Shown here: in pieces, positions 42,775 through 53,022 of the stretch
How the letters are laid out: every line of letters starts with the position of its first letter
Position numbering within the stretch: the first letter of the stretch is position 1
Assembly: GCA_964507445.1 (NCBI GenBank)
Contig: CAZDQF010000003.1
Location: 98,578-162,577, forward strand
DNA from: an uncultured Isosphaeraceae bacterium
Lineage (GTDB): Bacteria; Planctomycetota; GCA-002687715
DNA length: 64,000 nucleotides
Direction: 5' to 3'
Program-made: the position numbers and the translations under genes
The notes under the pieces: model-generated
Database searches by the model: none
Told to the model about the DNA's origin: nothing
Seen by the model: the letters and a program-made list of their open reading frames with translations, nothing else

Positions 42775-42837
42775 GTCAACCTCCTCACACGAGGTTGCCC
42801 TTCACCCCGCAGGCTGGCATCATGCCGCGCACCACCG

Positions 42838-42923
42838 GCCGAGGTGGCGGAATTGGCAGACGCGCTAGGTTCAGGTCCTAGTTCCCTTTTTTGGGAGTGG
42901 GGGTTCAAATCCCCCCCTCGGCA
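42838..42923 (+). tRNA. tRNA-Leu(CAG)
   Basis: GCCGAGG/CCTCGGC acceptor stem, GGCGGAATTGGCAGACGC D-arm, CTAGG-TTCAGGT-CCTAG anticodon arm, long variable arm, GGTTCAAATCC; CCA not encoded. Confidence 0.95.
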
Positions 42924-42988
42924 TCCTCCCCCCCCTGGCGGCGGAACGACCTCTCCGGTCCTGCCCGAAGCCCGCCAAGACCTGACCA

Positions 42989-43774
42989 TCACTGCAGGTA
43001 GCCGAACCGTCGCATGAGCGGCCCGCAATGGTCTTCCACGAACGCCAGGTTCTCCGGGTCCAGGTCCGTGGCGTATCGGCCAACGCTTCCCGTGACCGGA
43101 GAGGAGGTCCGCTGATACGCCAGGAAATCCGTCATCCGGATCTGCTCGAACACCTCCTCGGCGTGGGGTAGCCCCAGGTAGTCCAGGATCCCCTCCATGG
43201 TCTCCGCCGGCTGCTGGATGAACCGCTCATAACGCACCAGGTGGTAATCGCTGAGCTCGGCCAGCAGTTCGTCATAGACCTCCACCCACCGCCGCGCCTG
43301 ATTCTCCGGCGCGAACAGGTACGCCTTGGACTCGTCATCGCCGAACCGCTTGCGGTGGTAGCCCACGAAGGAGCAGACCACGTCTCTTGGGTCCCGCACC
43401 AGCATGATGAACTTGGTGTGGGGATAGTAGGCGTGGATCTGCTGCACTGCCTTGGTGGAGGGCAGCTTGTCTCCCCAGTGCGTGAAGTCCTTGTCCGGAA
43501 AACACTCGGCGAAGAACTTCTTGAGCACCGTGTCCAGGTAACGCTCGAAGAGGCTGAGCACCACGGGAGCGTAGTCCGGGTTGATCACCCCCATGATCCC
43601 CAGGTTCTCGTTCCGCTCGGTCAAAGGAGTCGTGAACACATCCACCAGACCGGAGAGCACGTCGATGACGTGCGCCTCGTTGGTCAGGGCGATCCTGGGG
43701 TGACGGTTGAGCAATCCGTGCAGATAGCTGGAGCCAGACCGTCCCAGTCCGACGACGAAGGTGGGTTGGTCCAT
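42989..43774 (-). CDS. Sulfotransferase family protein
   Basis: GLGRSGSSYL 5'-PSB, WGDKLP, RDPRDV..S, VRYE. Confidence 0.85.
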   Translation of the reverse strand: MDQPTFVVGLGRSGSSYLHGLLNRHPRIALTNEAHVIDVLSGLVDVFTTPLTERNENLGIMGVINPDYAPVVLSLFERYLDTVLKKFFAECFPDKDFTHWGDKLPSTKAVQQIHAYYPHTKFIMLVRDPRDVVCSFVGYHRKRFGDDESKAYLFAPENQARRWVEVYDELLAELSDYHLVRYERFIQQPAETMEGILDYLGLPHAEEVFEQIRMTDFLAYQRTSSPVTGSVGRYATDLDPENLAFVEDHCGPLMRRFGYLQ

Positions 43775-43784
43775 GGGTCGCTTA

Positions 43785-45056
43785 TCAGTTGAATGCGAGC
43801 GTGACGACGTTGCTCATCTTGCTGATGCCGGTAGGGGCCATGAAATCCAGGACGCCCACCTGTATATACACCCGAGACCCGGCGAACGCGCCGACGGGAA
43901 GCGGCGTGAGATCCATCAGGATCGCGGCGTTGCCCGACCCGTCCAGGGTCCCCACCCAGTTGGTGGTGAATGGCGGGACTCCCACGCCCAACGACTGCAG
44001 GAACAAGGGGGTGGGGTTCAGAGGGGTGCCCCTCGGATCACCGCCGCCAAAGGTGATACCCGGAAAGATGGACTCGGAGATCACCGTGGTGTAGGGGGTG
44101 TTGGCGTGCTGGGGAAAGGACACCGCCAAGCCGAACAGCCCCTGCGTCGCACCCGTACCCGGGTTGGGCGGTCCGGTCAGGTGGGGCGCGATGGCGGCAC
44201 ACTGCAGGATGCCGAACGTGGAGTTCCCGAGCACCAGGGTCGCCGCGCCCGTGGGGTCCACGTGCATCAGCCGGGAACCCAGCATCCCCCCTGCCTCCGT
44301 AACGTAGAAGCCACCTTCCCCATCGGGCAGGATGTCCTTGATGTTCCCCAGGACCCCTGCCGGAACCCACGTGGTGGGGACGCCGCCGTTGCGCGGGATG
44401 CGGACGATGGAGTCGGTGGAAGACAGCACCACGGCGTAGTCGCCGTTGGGGAAGTTGGCCACTCCTGTTGGGGTGGAGAGACCGCTGGCGATGGTGGTCA
44501 CGGTCCCGGCGTTGTCAATGCGCTGGAGCTCTCCCTGCAACGGCAGGGTCAGGACGTAGTCCCCGAACCCGAAGGTGCCGGTCGGCTCCACGATGACCGT
44601 GAACGGGTTGCCGATGAGGGTCGCCACGTAGGTCCAGGCACCCGCAGCATCGACCCGGAGGATGGAGGACGGGGAGCCACCGGGGGTGCCACCCCACGAG
44701 CCCGTGGCGTAGCCAGCCACGATGAACTCGCCGTTGTGGTCCTGCGCGATGCGGTTGGGGGTGTTGGTCACGAGCCCAGCAGCAGCGGAGTTGCCCAACA
44801 CGTCGACCCGCGTCAGGGTCAACCCGTTGAAGTCCGCGAAGACCACGTCACGGTCCCTCGTGACCACGATCCCCGTGGGCCAGATCAGCGTCGAGGCGCT
44901 GTTGAGGACCGTCGTGGTCCCGGTCTGCGGGTCGTACATGTTCGCCGATGGCGGCGAGGTGTCGGTCCACACAATGGAGCCACCGGGGATAGGCAGGGGG
45001 CCCTGAGCGCAGAGACACGAGACCGCGAGGAGCACGACACAGAGTGAGCGGCACAT
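43785..45056 (-). CDS. Secreted NHL/beta-propeller-like protein with C-terminal domain
   Basis: Signal peptide; repeated PTGI/PNRI/PTGV blade motifs. Confidence 0.7.
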   Translation of the reverse strand: MCRSLCVVLLAVSCLCAQGPLPIPGGSIVWTDTSPPSANMYDPQTGTTTVLNSASTLIWPTGIVVTRDRDVVFADFNGLTLTRVDVLGNSAAAGLVTNTPNRIAQDHNGEFIVAGYATGSWGGTPGGSPSSILRVDAAGAWTYVATLIGNPFTVIVEPTGTFGFGDYVLTLPLQGELQRIDNAGTVTTIASGLSTPTGVANFPNGDYAVVLSSTDSIVRIPRNGGVPTTWVPAGVLGNIKDILPDGEGGFYVTEAGGMLGSRLMHVDPTGAATLVLGNSTFGILQCAAIAPHLTGPPNPGTGATQGLFGLAVSFPQHANTPYTTVISESIFPGITFGGGDPRGTPLNPTPLFLQSLGVGVPPFTTNWVGTLDGSGNAAILMDLTPLPVGAFAGSRVYIQVGVLDFMAPTGISKMSNVVTLAFN

Positions 45057-45197
45057 GGAGGGACTCCGGGTTGGGGGATTCGGGTCCCCCCATTGTGGAC
45101 TCCGCAGTTCCCTGCGTCAAAGGTCACGAGACGCAGCTTATTATGGTCAGCGGAGAGGGCCCCGCGGTTCGCAAACTCGGCTACCCTCCTTGCAACA

Positions 45198-45692
45198 GTG
45201 GCCAGGAACACCAACAAGAAGCGTGACTCCGATGACCAGTCCTCGGTCAAGGTGGTCGCCCGCAATCGGCGGGCGCTGCACGACTTCCACGTGGAAGAGA
45301 CCGTGGAAGCGGGCATCGTCCTCGTCGGCACGGAGGTGAAGAGCCTGAGGAACGGCCTGGCCTCCATCCGTCAGGCGTTCGCCCGGATAGACAAGGGCGA
45401 GGCCTGGATCATCGGCGCCCACATCCCCGAGTACGGCGCCGCGAGCTGGACCAATCACGATCCGGACCGCCGTCGCAAGCTGCTCCTCCATCGCCGGCAG
45501 CTGCGCAAGCTGTCCCGGGCCGTGCAGATCGCCGGCCGGACCATCATCCCCCTCCAACTCCACTTCAACGAGCGAGGCATCGCCAAGGTCCTGCTGGCGC
45601 TGGTCACGGGAAAGCGCCGACACGACAAGCGAGCGGACGCGGCCAAGCGCGAGGCTCAACGAGAGATTTCCCGCACGCTCCGGGGCGGGTAA
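45198..45692 (+). CDS. smpB: SsrA-binding protein
   Basis: NRRA.HDF, EAGIVLVGTEVKSLR, RKLLLH, GKRRHDKR; GTG start inferred. Confidence 0.96.
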   Translation: MARNTNKKRDSDDQSSVKVVARNRRALHDFHVEETVEAGIVLVGTEVKSLRNGLASIRQAFARIDKGEAWIIGAHIPEYGAASWTNHDPDRRRKLLLHRRQLRKLSRAVQIAGRTIIPLQLHFNERGIAKVLLALVTGKRRHDKRADAAKREAQREISRTLRGG

Positions 45693-45739
45693 CGTATACC
45701 CAGCGGTGCTATCGGGCATCGTCGGGCTCAGGCCCAGCC

Positions 45740-46093
<354 letters not shown>

Positions 46094-46095
46094 CC

Positions 46096-46144
46096 AAGAG
46101 GAGCCACGACCGGGTTCTGCTGAACCAGAGGCGTGGCTCCTCTT
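46096..46144 (+). terminator. Terminator-like hairpin after ssrA
   Basis: AAGAGGAGCCACG...CGTGGCTCCTCTT 13-bp stem, then CCCTTTGTT. Confidence 0.6.
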
Positions 46145-46164
46145 CCCTTTGTTACGCTCTGCCC

Positions 46165-46560
46165 ATGGGCAATCTGGGTGACGCGCTCCACAAGGCGGGG
46201 CTCATCAGCGAGACGGAGCTGGCCAGGGCCAAGCAAGGGCGAGGGCCCGGGGACCAGTTGATGCGACGCCACGAGGTCGAGTCGGCGGCGACGGAAGCGC
46301 AGGCGGATGAAGCGCGCCGGCTGATCCGTGAGCGGGGGGCACCGGAGAAGGGTAAAGGCCGCAGACGCTGGCACTACGTCGCCGGGGACGGCAGCATTCC
46401 CAGCATGCAGGTGGACGACAGGCTGGCATCGCGATTGGAAGCGGGGCAGGCCGCCATCGCGACGGACGGCGAGCAGGCCCGCATCATCCCTCGCGAGGTC
46501 GCGGTCCAGGCCGACAAGCTGGACCCGTCAACGATCCTGTTCTGGATCGAGGACGCTTGA
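46165..46560 (+). CDS. DUF2058/YaiL-like small protein
   Basis: MGNLGDALHKAGLI N-terminus; L..G..AI...IIPREVA C-terminus. Confidence 0.6.
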   Translation: MGNLGDALHKAGLISETELARAKQGRGPGDQLMRRHEVESAATEAQADEARRLIRERGAPEKGKGRRRWHYVAGDGSIPSMQVDDRLASRLEAGQAAIATDGEQARIIPREVAVQADKLDPSTILFWIEDA

Positions 46561-47255
46561 TACTCGCCGCATGGATCACCTTCGCCGTCGGAGCCGCATG
46601 GATGCTCTGGTGGGGTCTCTGGGGCAGCGAACCGACCACCCCGTGGGTGCCCATGGCCATGCTGGCCATGGCTCCGGTCCTCGCCTGGGCCGGCGTTCGT
46701 AGCGAGCGTACAAGCCCTCGCCTGCTGAGCGGCGTCCTCCTCACGGCCCTGGGGGGGATCGCCTGGACCATGATCCTCGTGGTCATGGCGTTCCCCGGAT
46801 ACGACCAGCCGCGGCGGGCCCCCTCCTTCCGCTCCACCGACGCTGACGGCGCCGCCATCTCCTCAGAGAGCCTGGAAGGCCCTACGCTCCTGGTCTTCTT
46901 CCGCGGCAGGTGGTGAGCCGTCTGCCTCAAGGAGCTGGGCCAGCTCCGCGACCGCGCCCGGGAACTCCCCTCGCCGATCTGGGCTGTCTCCGCGTCCGAC
47001 CAGGAAACCGCCCGCGAGCTGCAACGCCGGTTCACGCCCCTGCGATTCGTGGCCGACGAAGAGCTGCGCATGATCTCGGCGTTCGGCGTCCGCCACGAGG
47101 GAGGCGGGCCGGACGGTGCCGATATCGCCTATCCCACTCTGGTGCTCGTTGACGCCGAGGGACAACTCTTGTGGTCCCACCGCGCGATCCGCAACACGGA
47201 CCGGCTCTCCGTGGACACCCTCATCGAGGAGGTCCGACGCTACGTCGAGCCCTGA
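46557..47255 (+). CDS. Putative selenoprotein: 3-TM membrane-anchored peroxiredoxin-like (AhpC/TSA, thioredoxin fold) protein, UxxC
   Basis: ORFs 46557-46916 and 47049-47255 share a frame with a single TGA (46914-46916) in LLVFFRGRW-U-AVCLKEL; hairpin follows; C-terminal YPTLVLVDAEG..W...DR. Confidence 0.85.
46917..46947 (+). promoter_or_regulatory. Candidate bacterial SECIS element
   Basis: GGAGCTG-GGC-CAGCTCC 7-bp stem (46931-46947) with G-starting loop 21 nt after the UGA. Confidence 0.65.
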
Positions 47256-49180
47256 CGCCCTCCCCCACCACCCCCGAGCCGCCGCACCGGCTCGTCACCC
47301 CGCTGCTGAGCCTCCTTCCGGGAGAGCCGGATGCGACCGCGGTGATCCACCCCCAGGACCCGCACGATGACCGCGTCGTCCCGAGAAGCGACGTCCGCCA
47401 TCCGTTCGGTACGACCCTGCTCCCACTCGGAGATGTGGACCCATCCGTCCGCCTGTTCACCCAGCTGCACCACGATCCCGGTGTCCAGGACCCGGGCCAC
47501 TCGACCCTCGTAGACGGCGCCGTTCTCGATCGGCGCGAACTGTCCGCGCACCCGCTCCGCACAGGCCTCCGCATCCGAACGACTCATCCCTGCGACCGAC
47601 ACCCGTCCGTCCTTGGTCACCTCGATGTCAACGCCGAACTGCTGCTGCAGCTTCTTGATGTTCGCCCCCTTGGGGCCGATGAACCGACCGACGCTGGCCG
47701 CCGGGATGCTGACGGACAAGGCCGCGGGCCCAGCGCCCCCGCTCCCCTCGCGGGGAGCTCCCAGCACGCCGTCCATGATCTCCAGGATGCGGGCGCGGGC
47801 CTCACGGGCACGGTCCAGGGCTGCCCCCAGGAGCTCGTGGCCCAGCCCGCCGATCTTGCTGTCCAGCTGCAACGCCGTGACCCCCTGGCTGGTCCCGCAG
47901 ACCTTGAAGTCCATGTCCCCCGCCCCGTCTTCCTCGCCGAGGATGTCGGTCAACAGCACCGCCTCATCCCCCTCCCTCATCAGCCCGATGGCGACTCCTG
48001 CCACGGATCGACTGATGGGGACCCCGGCGTCCATGAGGGCCAGGCTGGCTCCGCACACGGTGGCCATGGAGGAAGACCCATCCGAGCTGAGGATGTCCGA
48101 TTCCACCCGGATGGCAAACGGGAACTCCCGCTTGCCCGGCAGCACCGGGGCGAGGGCCCGGGCGGCCAGCGCGCCGTGGCCGATCTCCCGACGACCGGGG
48201 CCCCGAGGTTGGCGCACCTCCCCGACGCTGAACGAGGGGAAGTTGTAGTGAAGCATGAACCGATGCCGCTCGAGGCCGTCGAGGGTCTCCACCAACTGCT
48301 CGTTGGTCGGTGCCCCGATGGTGCACGTCACGGAGGCCTGGGTCTGCCCCCGATTGAAGAGGGCGCTCCCATGCGGCGTGGGCAGCCAACCCACCTGGCA
48401 ATGGGCCTCGCGCAAGGCCTCCGGGCTCCGCCCGTCCCGACGCAATCCGGACTCGAACAGCGCTCCGCGAGTCTCGGCCCGTTGCAGATCCTCCGGCGCT
48501 TCCTGCTCCGGAGGCGACCCCTCAGGGCCGCTCGCTATCCGCAGCTCGTCCAGCGCGGCGAAGGCCGGGTCCAGCGCCTCCCCGACCCCGGCCAACAGCC
48601 TCAGGAGTTCGGGCTCCTCCACCTCATCCGCGCCGCCATCGATCATCACTACGCCCGCTCGGGACGCGACCACCAGGACGCCGGATGCCGGGTCGGGCAA
48701 CCGCAGGGCGGCGACCGGACCGTTCCACGGGAGCGCCGACATATGCAGACACGCCGCGGCGCCGATCACCGCCAGCATGACGGGGTCCGGCCCGTCGCCC
48801 TGCGCCGAGAGGACCCAGGTGTGAAGCAGCACCTCCCGGCGGAGACCAGGCGCGAACAACGGTCGCACCCCGCGATCAATCATCCTCGAGCCGAGGACCT
48901 CTCGGTCGCTCATGCGCAGCTCGCGACGTGCGAAGCCACCAGGGATGCGCCCCGCAGCGGCGGCCTTCTCCCGGTACTCGACGGTGAGCGGCAGGAAGCC
49001 AGCGTCCTCGCGAGGTTCCTCGGAGACCGTCAGGCACGCCAGCACGACGACGTCCCGCGAGCGGACCAGCACCGAGGCTTCGGCTCGCGCAGCTACGGAG
49101 CCGGTCTCGAGGATGACCTCGTGCTCCCCCAGTTGGAATGATCGGACTTCGCTCATGTGGACCGCATGGTAGCGGCTCAC
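47240..49180 (-). CDS. pnp: Polyribonucleotide nucleotidyltransferase-like protein, divergent and shortened
   Basis: FLPLTVEYRE..AAGRIPGGF.RRE, RRDGR, HYNFPSFSVGE, RREIGHG, GSSSMA, DMDFKV, KH (IGPKG) and S1. Confidence 0.85.
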   Translation of the reverse strand: MSRYHAVHMSEVRSFQLGEHEVILETGSVAARAEASVLVRSRDVVVLACLTVSEEPREDAGFLPLTVEYREKAAAAGRIPGGFARRELRMSDREVLGSRMIDRGVRPLFAPGLRREVLLHTWVLSAQGDGPDPVMLAVIGAAACLHMSALPWNGPVAALRLPDPASGVLVVASRAGVVMIDGGADEVEEPELLRLLAGVGEALDPAFAALDELRIASGPEGSPPEQEAPEDLQRAETRGALFESGLRRDGRSPEALREAHCQVGWLPTPHGSALFNRGQTQASVTCTIGAPTNEQLVETLDGLERHRFMLHYNFPSFSVGEVRQPRGPGRREIGHGALAARALAPVLPGKREFPFAIRVESDILSSDGSSSMATVCGASLALMDAGVPISRSVAGVAIGLMREGDEAVLLTDILGEEDGAGDMDFKVCGTSQGVTALQLDSKIGGLGHELLGAALDRAREARARILEIMDGVLGAPREGSGGAGPAALSVSIPAASVGRFIGPKGANIKKLQQQFGVDIEVTKDGRVSVAGMSRSDAEACAERVRGQFAPIENGAVYEGRVARVLDTGIVVQLGEQADGWVHISEWEQGRTERMADVASRDDAVIVRVLGVDHRGRIRLSRKEAQQRGDEPVRRLGGGGGGRQGST

Positions 49181-49476
49181 CAGCCCCGTCGCAGGATCAC
49201 GTCACCGCGGACATTGGCCTGACATGCGAGACGATGTCGGGTACCCGCGTCGCCCTTCCGAGCGACCTCCGGCGGAGTGGGCGGGCTGAGCCGGTCCTCT
49301 CCCTCCACCACCGTCACCTTGCAGGTGCCGCACCTGGCGGCGCCGCCGCAGTTGGTGAAGGACGCGACCATCCCATACAAGCGCACGCCTTCGCGCATGC
49401 ACGCCTCCCTCACGTTGGCGTTCTCGGGCACCTCGATGACCCTCCCGCAGTCCCTGAACTCGAGGCTCCAGCTCAC
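49177..49476 (-). CDS. 2Fe-2S ferredoxin
   Basis: [13 protein letters not shown]...RLACQ; GTGA overlaps with both neighbours. Confidence 0.88.
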   Translation of the reverse strand: MSWSLEFRDCGRVIEVPENANVREACMREGVRLYGMVASFTNCGGAARCGTCKVTVVEGEDRLSPPTPPEVARKGDAGTRHRLACQANVRGDVILRRGW

Positions 49477-51299
49477 GAGGTCGTCCCCTCCACCGCCCGC
49501 AGCCACACCATGATGGCCCCCACATCCGCGGGACCGATCCCAGAGACCCTGGACGCCTGGCCCAGGGTGGACGGCCTGACCCGCCCCAGCTTCTCCTTCG
49601 CCTCCGCTCGCAGGTGAGGAATGGCGGCGTATTCGAGATCCGCAGGCAGGGGCGTGCCCTCCGCCTCCGCCCGACGAGCGATCAACCCCTGCTCTCGCTC
49701 GATGTACCCCGAGTATCGAGCCTCGATCAGGAGCTCCTCTCGGTCTCGCTGATCCAACCCCAACGCCGCCAGCTCCGACACCGACGCGGACACGTCCTCC
49801 CAGCCGATCCCGGGCTTCCGGAGCGCCTCACCAGCGGTGGTCCGACCCACCCGCTTCGACCTCAGCAGCTCGCGGGCCGCCCTCCGACGCTCGAACCGGG
49901 CCGCCGTGGCGTCTGCCTGGGCGGGGTCCAGCAACCCCAGGTTGCGAGCATGTGGCCACAGGCGCACGTCCGCGTCGTGATGCCGAAGCAGGAGCCGGTG
50001 TTCCGCCAGGGAGGTGAACATCCGGTAGGGCTCGCTCACTCCTCGGGTGACGAGGTCGTCGATGAGGACCCCCATGTACGCCTCGTGCCTGGCCAGAACG
50101 AAGGGCTCACCCCCAAGCACGGCGCGAGCCGCGTTCACGCCCGCCACCAGCCCCTGGCCGGCGGCCTCCTCATAGCCCGTGGTCCCGTTGATCTGCCCTG
50201 CAAGGAAGAGCCCAGGGAGCCGCTTTGCCTCCAGGGTCGGGGCGCACTCCGTGGGATCGATGTGGTCGTACTCCACCGCGTAGCCATGGGCGGCGAACTC
50301 CACCGCCTCCAGGGCCGGGATGGCGCGGACGAAGGCCTCCTGCACATCGCGAGGCAGTGAGGTGCTGATCCCGTTGGGATACACCAACTCCGAGTCCAAC
50401 CCCTCTGGCTCCAGCCAGACCTGATGCCCGTCCTTGTCCGGGAACCGGAACACCTTGTCCTCGATGGACGGGCAATATCGGGGCCCCGGACCGGAGATGT
50501 CCCCGGTGAACATGGGGGATCGATCCAGCTGCGACCGGATGACGTCGTGAGCGTCGCGCCCGGTTCGTGTGACGGCGCACTCCACGGTGTCTGACGGGCG
50601 TCGCTGGGCGGAGAATGAGAACAGGACCGGGGCCTCATCCGTGGGCTGGGCTTCGGTCCGGCCCCACTCGATCGAGTCGGCGAAGAACCGCGGCGGAGTC
50701 CCGGTCTTCATGCGACCGAGGCGGAAGCGCCGCCGCCGGAGACGCTCCGCCAGTCGGTGCGCCGCACCTTCTCCGAGCCGCCCACCGGTGGAGGACTCCT
50801 CCCCCACCCACAGCACGCCTCCAAGGAAGGTCCCGGTGGTCAGGATCACGGCGTCCGCCTCGAGGCGCCCGCCATCCGCCAACTCGACGCCGGCCACCTC
50901 ACCTTCTCGCACGATCAGATCGGCCACCTCTCCTCCGATGACCGAGACACCGGCGTCATCCACCAGAGCTCGGATCGCGGCGGCGAACAACCCTCGATCG
51001 CACTGGCAACGAGGAGATTGGACCGCCGGCCCCTTGCTCCGGTTCAGCAGCCGATGGTGAATCCCGGCTCGATCCGCGGCCTTGCCCATGATGCCGCCGA
51101 GGGCGTCCACCTCGCGGACGATCTGCCCCTTGGCCAGGCCGCCAATGGACGGGTTGCAGCTCATCCGCCCCACCGCAGCGGGGTCCAGGGTGACGATGGC
51201 CGTGCGCGCTCCGACGCGGCTGGAGGCACACGCAGCCTCCACCCCGGCGTGACCTCCGCCCACCACCACCACGTCATGACTGCGATCTGCCCCGATCAT
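49473..51299 (-). CDS. mnmG: tRNA U34 carboxymethylaminomethyl modification enzyme
   Basis: [50 protein letters not shown]. Confidence 0.97.
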   Translation of the reverse strand: MIGADRSHDVVVVGGGHAGVEAACASSRVGARTAIVTLDPAAVGRMSCNPSIGGLAKGQIVREVDALGGIMGKAADRAGIHHRLLNRSKGPAVQSPRCQCDRGLFAAAIRALVDDAGVSVIGGEVADLIVREGEVAGVELADGGRLEADAVILTTGTFLGGVLWVGEESSTGGRLGEGAAHRLAERLRRRRFRLGRMKTGTPPRFFADSIEWGRTEAQPTDEAPVLFSFSAQRRPSDTVECAVTRTGRDAHDVIRSQLDRSPMFTGDISGPGPRYCPSIEDKVFRFPDKDGHQVWLEPEGLDSELVYPNGISTSLPRDVQEAFVRAIPALEAVEFAAHGYAVEYDHIDPTECAPTLEAKRLPGLFLAGQINGTTGYEEAAGQGLVAGVNAARAVLGGEPFVLARHEAYMGVLIDDLVTRGVSEPYRMFTSLAEHRLLLRHHDADVRLWPHARNLGLLDPAQADATAARFERRRAARELLRSKRVGRTTAGEALRKPGIGWEDVSASVSELAALGLDQRDREELLIEARYSGYIEREQGLIARRAEAEGTPLPADLEYAAIPHLRAEAKEKLGRVRPSTLGQASRVSGIGPADVGAIMVWLRAVEGTTS

Positions 51300-51432
51300 C
51301 GATGTTGGAGAAACTCAAAGAAAAAGAAGAGATACTGAGATACTTGTACGACATTCCGGCGTCCATGGGGAGACGATGCTCCACGACGAGAACGGGAGCG
51401 CGAGGCTGCGAGGTCGCGAGACAGGGGAGACC

Positions 51433-52941
51433 ATGATGAGGGCACTACAAGACGCCAGTCGGGTGACGCTGATGGTTGCCGTGCTCCTGGCGCCCGCCGC
51501 GGCCCAGGGCCACATGGACCGGGAGTTCGGTTATCGCATCAGTCCTCCCAACAAGTGGGAGGCCGTTCCCCCGCAGCCCCGCGAGACCCACCTCAAGATG
51601 AAGTGGACCTCGCCACGCCCCGAGCGCGACCTCCCGGCGGAGATGCACGTCTACGTGTTCGAACGGACCAAGGAGGAGGAGACCGCCTCCGACGGAGACG
51701 GGGCCGAGAGCGTCGAGGCGGCGCTGCGGGCCTTCCGTCGCCGCCAGCAGGTGCGGTCCTACTCCGAGTTCATCAACTCCGACTATCGCCGCAAGGGGAT
51801 GAAGCTCGGCAAGGGGAAGAAGTTCCGAGTCAAGGGCCCGAAGGATCGCCCCATCGAGTCGGCGCTGCGCTACAAGACGTCCAGGCCCTCCAACATGGTC
51901 CGCGGAGCGACCAAGATGGCGGACTATGTCGTCTATGTGGGCGTGATCGTCACCCCACGGTTCGAGTACGCCATCGAGTGCTTCGCCAGCGAGAAGGCCG
52001 ACCGCAAGCTGGGCCCCGCGTTCAAGTCCGCCATCCGCTCCTTCCGCCTGCTCGACGCCCCCGTTCAGTCGAGGACGACCGGCGACACGGACGAGCGGCC
52101 GGCCGCGGACGGCTACAAGCGCACGGGAATGACCGCCAAGGAAGAGGCTCGCAAGCGGGCTCGGGACGAGGTCGCCCGCACGCCAGGGTGGTGGTACCTG
52201 GAGACCGATCGCTACATGATCGTGACCAACTGCGAGAAGAAGCGGAAGGGGTTCATCCAGGAGATCGGTCGGCGCCTGGAGGCCATCCGTGATCGGTACG
52301 AGGTCGACTTCCCCGCCGCCAAGCCCATCACCGAGGTGTCCATCGTCCGGGTCTGCAAGGACCGCTCCACATACATGAACTACGGCGCTCCGGGAGGAAG
52401 CGCCGGATACTGGTCCGCCTCCGCACGGGAGCTGGTCTTCTACCGCAAGGGTGGCGAGAAGACGCCGTTCCAGGTCCTCAACCACGAGGCCTTCCACCAG
52501 TACATCTACTACAGCTGCGGCAGCCTGAGTCCCCACTCCTGGTACAACGAGGGACTCGGGGACTACTACGCTGGCGCCAGGTTCCAGGGGAAACGGATCA
52601 CGCGGATCGCCCCCTTCCTGTGGCGACGGGACACCATCCGCAGCGCCGTTCGTGATGGCTCCTACGTCCCCATCAAGGACATCATCCGGTACTCCCAGCG
52701 GCAGTATTACAGCAACAGCCGACTCTGCTATGCCCAGGGCTGGAGCATGATCTACTTCCTGCAGAAGGGGATCTCCGAGGACCACCCCTGGAGACGGATC
52801 ATCCCCACGTACCTGAAGACCCTGCAGGCGACCCAGGAGCGGGACAAGGCCGTGGACGCGGCCTTCGAGGGCGTCGATCTGGACAGGTTCGAGTCCGCCT
52901 GGAAGGCGTTCACGGTCAAGGGCAAGGTCCTGACCCGATAA
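51433..52941 (+). CDS. Exported DUF1570-like / gluzincin-type metallopeptidase-like protein
   Basis: Signal peptide; NHEAFHQY...WYNEGLGDYY...YAQGWSMIYFL. Confidence 0.7.
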   Translation: MMRALQDASRVTLMVAVLLAPAAAQGHMDREFGYRISPPNKWEAVPPQPRETHLKMKWTSPRPERDLPAEMHVYVFERTKEEETASDGDGAESVEAALRAFRRRQQVRSYSEFINSDYRRKGMKLGKGKKFRVKGPKDRPIESALRYKTSRPSNMVRGATKMADYVVYVGVIVTPRFEYAIECFASEKADRKLGPAFKSAIRSFRLLDAPVQSRTTGDTDERPAADGYKRTGMTAKEEARKRARDEVARTPGWWYLETDRYMIVTNCEKKRKGFIQEIGRRLEAIRDRYEVDFPAAKPITEVSIVRVCKDRSTYMNYGAPGGSAGYWSASARELVFYRKGGEKTPFQVLNHEAFHQYIYYSCGSLSPHSWYNEGLGDYYAGARFQGKRITRIAPFLWRRDTIRSAVRDGSYVPIKDIIRYSQRQYYSNSRLCYAQGWSMIYFLQKGISEDHPWRRIIPTYLKTLQATQERDKAVDAAFEGVDLDRFESAWKAFTVKGKVLTR

Positions 52942-53022
52942 CTCCCGCCGCTCATCCCGAGGGGGCGCGAGGGACCCCCTCCTCACCGTCCGCTCCCCGT
53001 CGTGCTAAAACCACGATCGGTC

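Noticed and set aside
46914-46916. Pseudogene interpretation of the in-frame TGA
   Set aside because: Single stop precisely at the catalytic Cys position, intact downstream frame and SECIS-like hairpin favour Sec, though this is unproven.
51300-51350. AT-rich patch with tandem GAGATACT x2 (51329-51344) upstream of mnmG as possible oriC
   Set aside because: No DnaA boxes seen and the region is too short; more likely a divergent promoter.
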